Assembly: GCF_018977255.1 (NCBI RefSeq)
Contig: NW_024704743.1
Span: 24,554,001-24,618,000, forward strand
Source of the DNA: Callorhinchus milii
Taxonomy: Eukaryota
DNA length: 64,000 nucleotides
Direction: 5' to 3'
In this document: piece by piece, positions 61,301 through 64,000 of the stretch
Layout of the letters: each line of letters opens with the position of its first letter
Numbering within the stretch: position 1 is the stretch's first letter
Made by a program: the position numbers and the translations under genes
The notes under the pieces: generated by a model
Told to the model about the DNA's origin: nothing
The model's database searches: none
Seen by the model: the letters and a program-made list of their open reading frames with translations, nothing else

Positions 61301-63847
61301 GAGGCAGCAAAGTAAAGGGACTGTGGGATGGAGTTACAAAGTGTGGGGGCAGAGAGACTGAATGCCTGAAGGCCGATGGTGGGGGCAGGCCAGGCAGGGA
61401 ATGTAGAGCAGGCCTGCTGAGTGGAGGAAGCAGACAAGATGACATGGCGTTACCAGGTCACAGAGATAGGAAGGAGTAAATTGTCTTGAGATGCTGAATA
61501 GATGCTGAACCTCAGAAAATTGATCTATCACGTCCAATTTCTAGGGTAAGAGAGGCCCACCAGGAACTCGCGGTGAACGTGGAGAGCAGAATGCACGTGG
61601 AGATTCAGTAAGTACCTCTGACAGTGAGCCGGGCAAAGTCTTGGTTTGTGAAAATGATTGAATGCTGTTGGGTTAAGTACAGACATAAGTGATCCAACAT
61701 GGAGCTACATTTTTGGTTTCTCGATCTGAGAGTATGGAAACATGTACTGTGGGACAATTGGTGAAATTTATCCATAACTAAAGGCATCAAAATAATGTTT
61801 TATTCTCTGTGCAGGAAGATTGGAAATTCAATTGGTTTTTACCAACTTCCTTCTAGCAGTCAAGACGTTTCTATTAAACTTGTCAGTTTTAGTTTCCCCC
61901 TCAGATGTTCACTGTAAAAAGAGGGAATTTTGACCTCTTGCAGTTTTGGTGACCTCTGCATCCATGAAAACGTGTCCAGGCTTGCAACTCTACCAGCTGC
62001 AGAACATGTTTAGTTGGAATTTTTATGCCTACAACCAAGAAAAGCTAGTCCAGGTTGTTCATGAAAGCTTTCCAGCTTTGGGGAAAAAAGTAAGGAATTG
62101 CTATTAAGGTAGTGGCTCTAGTAGAGCAGCATAAGATGCATCAGCATAAACATCATTGGACGGACTGGCCTTTATCTGTGCTTTAAGTTCCACAAGATAA
62201 TCCACTTCAGGATTTTGAACTCAGAGTTTAGATTGACATTCCACTGTATGCGGGGGGGAGTATTGTATTGCGGGGTGTGTCTCCCTTCAGAAGAGATATT
62301 GCTGTGCACAAATTGGCTGCCGCATTTACCCACAAACCTCACAGTTACTTCACTTTTACAATATATTATGAAGCATTTTGGGACGACCTCCTGACATGAA
62401 AGACGCTATACCAAATGTAAGGATTATTATTATTAATAAACCAAGGTCCTGGCTAGTTTTTCAAGCAGATGTTAAAGATATTTAAGGAAGGAAGGAAGTC
62501 TTGTCTTGTGTCCTGGTCAACAATCCCCAAATAAAAATTGGTCACTCACTTCATGGCTGATTCTTGACATTCATATGAACAAATTGACTGCTGTGTTCAT
62601 CTGCAAATACACAGTCATTACACTTTACATTAAAATGCTACGATGGGCTTTGAAACATCACGACGATGTCATACGATGCTATCTCAAAAATGCAAGGATA
62701 ATTATAATTTATTTTTACAGAAATAGTGTCCAAATGATATCACTGTTGGCACATTCTTTGTAAATTAGTTACAATGTTTTCTATGTTTATTCAGCATTGT
62801 ATTACATGAATGCTTTGGAAGTTCTAATCTAAACCAGAAATATTTTACTTTCAAAGCCTCGTCTTGTATCTTGAGTGTTGATGAGTGCATGCCTTAAAGA
62901 GCTGTTTATTCCTTGGCAGCTGGTGCGATGATGTGTGTGAGTGCAGCAGCCTGTGACTATGCTGACAGAAGCATCTTGATTGTACTGGTGTCCATATAGA
63001 GTGTTGTAAGACTGAAGATCAGGAGGGACTCAGTTGAGACAATCTATGGCTTGTGTGAATGCATTGGAATAGGCGTGGAAAGCCTGCCGTTCATCTGTTG
63101 ATTTGCCTGAAACAGTTCTTCTTTGTTCACACAGTATAGCCACCTGTAAGGTTACGTTGCATGCAATGTAGATAGATTTAGTGTTTCTTTTCTAATTTTT
63201 TCCCCACTCTGTATTTGGTTTGACCTCCTCTTGCTGTTCTGTGGGTTTTGGCTGCCCTCCAGTACCTCACCATTCTTCGTGTGTGAACATTGGCAATGAG
63301 TGTCGGCAGACCCCTACTGTGGAGGGCATCATAGCCGAATGTGACCTTTCACACACCGCTGCCACAACTAGTAGAGGGTGCAAAAGAGGGACCAGAGGTG
63401 GGAGACCTGGCTGATTTTCCACTCTTTAATCCTAGGAAGTCTAGGGACAATTTAGTCTCATCAGTTCAGTAGAGGCCTAGACCAACAAACTCCGCATCGA
63501 GTTTCTGTTGTGTTATCGAATGAGATAAAGAAACCAGCAAACTCCTGTCATTCTATCGCAGAAATAGCTCTCTCCCATGCAGTTTTGGGGTTGCGCCACT
63601 CTGTGCTGGTTTTAATCAGTTCATAAACTCCATAGGTTTTGACCAAACTCCATTCTTAGCATGCAAGCCACCACTGAAAATAAGAGCTCATTGATAGAAC
63701 TGACTGATCACTGGGTAGTACTGAATTCTCCATTGATGTGTTTAAGAACAGATGTTGACCCACTTGTTCTTCCTATTCAAGGGTGAACCTGGAATTGATA
63801 GTACTATTCAAGGTCTAAAGGGAGAACGAGGAAACATAGGCCCGCCG
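28298..63847 (+). CDS. col6a6-like: Collagen VI long chain (alpha-6-like; alpha4/5/6 group), 5' part: 18 coding exons, 1544 codons, continues beyond window
   Basis: Exons join in frame with AG/GT boundaries (one GC donor). Architecture is signal peptide + 7 VWA domains + Cys linker + Gly-X-Y exons of 54/72/27/45/54/63/66 nt. Spliced N-terminus ...[18 protein letters not shown] resembles the recalled human COL6A6 ...NQDSGPEYADVVFLVDSS. Exact orthology among alpha4/5/6 is not resolved. Confidence 0.9.
28946..29477 (+). mobile_element. Non-autonomous Tc1/mariner-pogo (Tigger-like) DNA element / MITE
   Basis: TA|CAGTAAAACTCACATAA ... TTACGTGGGTTTTACTG|TA: terminal inverted repeats flanked by TA; second copy at 58622-59075. 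Confidence 0.8.
31217..31822 (+). CDS. col6a6-like: Coding exon 2: VWA domain N7
   Basis: ctccag|GT GAA...GCA G|gtaaga; 606 nt, phase 1-1; DVVFLVDGS...RIGLAQYS...PQIAVVIT. Confidence 0.95.
32010..32400 (-). mobile_element. Old L2 3' fragment
   Basis: L2-type tail and gagttccagagcgtgagggctgaaaggc block. Confidence 0.7.
33308..33928 (+). CDS. col6a6-like: Coding exon 3: VWA domain N6
   Basis: tttgtag|CA TGC...GAA G|gtgagt; 621 nt; [12 protein letters not shown]...IVITDGKS. Confidence 0.95.
35069..35632 (+). CDS. col6a6-like: Coding exon 4: VWA domain N5
   Basis: cttttcag|GA TGC...GAA G|gtatga; 564 nt; [12 protein letters not shown]...[13 protein letters not shown]. Confidence 0.95.
37374..37934 (+). 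CDS. col6a6-like: Coding exon 5: VWA domain N4
   Basis: tttcttcag|CC TGC...CAT G|gtgagt; 561 nt; [12 protein letters not shown]...[11 protein letters not shown]. Confidence 0.95.
38018..38395 (-). mobile_element. Old L2 3' fragment
   Basis: caacttgcacttgtctagcgcc tail; minus peptide [17 protein letters not shown]. Confidence 0.7.
38600..39178 (+). CDS. col6a6-like: Coding exon 6: VWA domain N3
   Basis: cttcgacag|AG TGC...CTA G|gtaagc; 579 nt; [12 protein letters not shown]...LIVITD. Confidence 0.95.
40262..40396 (-). mobile_element. Penelope-like fragment with minimal hammerhead fold, inserted in a SINE tail with a 10-bp TSD
   Basis: caaggattat at 40252-40261 and 40397-40406; minus strand GAGTT CTGAAGA AGGGT TGCGG ACCC GAAAC ATT GACTC. 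Confidence 0.75.
43429..43998 (+). CDS. col6a6-like: Coding exon 7: VWA domain N2
   Basis: gtttgcag|CA TGT...AAA G|gtaaga; 570 nt; [12 protein letters not shown]...[13 protein letters not shown]. Confidence 0.95.
45956..46311 (+). CDS. col6a6-like: Coding exon 8: VWA domain N1, part 1
   Basis: ttccag|TT TCA CCA GAG TGC ACC ATG GAC ATT GCT GTG GGG TTT GAT ([10 protein letters not shown]) ...TCA AAG|gtaaga; an alternative in-frame acceptor would start the exon at 45965. Confidence 0.88.
47213..47291 (+). CDS. col6a6-like: Coding exon 9: VWA N1, part 2 ([26 protein letters not shown])
   Basis: ttttttgtag|GTG...GAA G|gtgaat; 79 nt, phase 0-1; matches the collagen VI N1 motif VVLxFxDGLD. Confidence 0.92.
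47775..48147 (-). mobile_element. tRNA-derived Deu SINE, older subfamily
   Basis: Full head-to-tail match to the 14158 copy. Confidence 0.85.
48897..49245 (+). mobile_element. tRNA-derived Deu SINE, older subfamily
   Basis: ggaatcctgtagttcagtggttagagcattcgcc head; caaatgcaaggattattatt tail. Confidence 0.85.
52690..52835 (+). CDS. col6a6-like: Coding exon 10: VWA N1, part 3 ([12 protein letters not shown]...[28 protein letters not shown])
   Basis: gtag|GA GTC...GAA ATC|gtaagt; 146 nt, phase 1-0; ALITV and EFG motifs of collagen VI N1. Confidence 0.92.
52940..53455 (-). mobile_element. L2 3' fragment with a short nested L2 tail (~53192-53248)
   Basis: Minus ORF 52970-53410 [20 protein letters not shown]...; nested caacaacaacttacacttatatag segment bounded by gacaa. 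Confidence 0.82.
53614..53706 (+). CDS. col6a6-like: Coding exon 11: Cys-rich linker and start of triple helix ([31 protein letters not shown])
   Basis: ctttttcag|AGT...AAG|gttagt; 93 nt. Confidence 0.92.
53841..53894 (+). CDS. col6a6-like: Coding exon 12: Gly-X-Y ([18 protein letters not shown])
   Basis: tttcag|GGA...ATG|gtaagt; 54 nt. Confidence 0.95.
57579..57900 (-). mobile_element. Full-length tRNA-Ala Deu SINE nested in decayed CR1 sequence
   Basis: Reverse complement of the family consensus; CR1-like sequence on both sides (~57290-58300). Confidence 0.9.
58481..58552 (+). CDS. col6a6-like: Coding exon 13: Gly-X-Y with helix cysteine ([24 protein letters not shown])
   Basis: ctttttgcag|GGT...AAG|gcaaga (GC donor); 72 nt. 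Confidence 0.93.
58622..59075 (-). mobile_element. Second, diverged copy of the Tigger-like MITE (intron between coding exons 13 and 14)
   Basis: Starts TA|CAGTTAAACTC; blocks ttggaatcgcattgaat, ttcttctgcgc and tttgataggaaactga.tggga match the reverse complement of 28946-29477. Confidence 0.75.
59098..59124 (+). CDS. col6a6-like: Coding exon 14: 27-nt Gly-X-Y micro-exon (GGRGHRGQK)
   Basis: ttttacag|GGA...AAG|gtaaat. Confidence 0.9.
59251..59295 (+). CDS. col6a6-like: Coding exon 15: Gly-X-Y ([15 protein letters not shown])
   Basis: ttcctaacag|GGT...CAG|gtaatt; 45 nt. Confidence 0.95.
59381..59434 (+). CDS. col6a6-like: Coding exon 16: Gly-X-Y ([18 protein letters not shown])
   Basis: ttttttacag|GGC...CTG|gtaaaa; 54 nt. 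Confidence 0.95.
61235..61460 (-). mobile_element. L2 3' fragment
   Basis: Minus peptide [20 protein letters not shown]...[14 protein letters not shown]. Confidence 0.8.
61545..61607 (+). CDS. col6a6-like: Coding exon 17: Gly-X-Y with RGD ([21 protein letters not shown])
   Basis: aatttctag|GGT...TCA|gtaagt; 63 nt. Confidence 0.93.
63782..63847 (+). CDS. col6a6-like: Coding exon 18: Gly-X-Y with the usual collagen VI interruption ([22 protein letters not shown])
   Basis: cctattcaag|GGT...CCG|gtatgt; 66 nt. Confidence 0.93.
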
Positions 63848-64000
63848 GTATGTTCACTTCACTTATCTTTTACATCAGAGTTTATATGTTTAGTAATTTT
63901 TAATGATTTTTTAAATAAGTTATTTTGACCCATAAGATATGGATTGGATTTAATAATATTGTTCTGCAGATGTTTAATGCAGTTGTGACTCTCTATGTAA

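Overview
Vertebrate genomic DNA. The repeat content (L2 and CR1 LINEs, Deu-domain tRNA-SINEs, Penelope-like fragments) points to a cartilaginous fish, probably a holocephalan such as elephant shark; this is an inference. The main gene is the 5' part of a + strand collagen VI long-chain gene (COL6A6-like, alpha4/5/6 group). It has 18 coding exons from 28298 to 63847 that splice into one open frame of 1544 codons: signal peptide, seven N-terminal VWA domains, a Cys-rich linker and the start of the Gly-X-Y helix. The gene continues past the window end. The first ~28 kb and the introns are transposon-dense, and nearly all other ORFs in the track are repeat artefacts. Most notable observations: a GC-AG intron largely filled by a pogo/Tigger-like MITE that abuts a 27-nt exon; a Gly->Asn helix break directly before an RGDS motif; a Penelope-like insert carrying a minimal hammerhead-ribozyme fold; a strand-asymmetric pre-miRNA-like hairpin (18521-18585); a 66-bp inverted repeat ~1 kb apart; and repeated nested insertions into SINE tails. 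No wholly new protein-coding system could be supported. Repeat boundaries are approximate and family names come from recalled consensus features, not from a database search.
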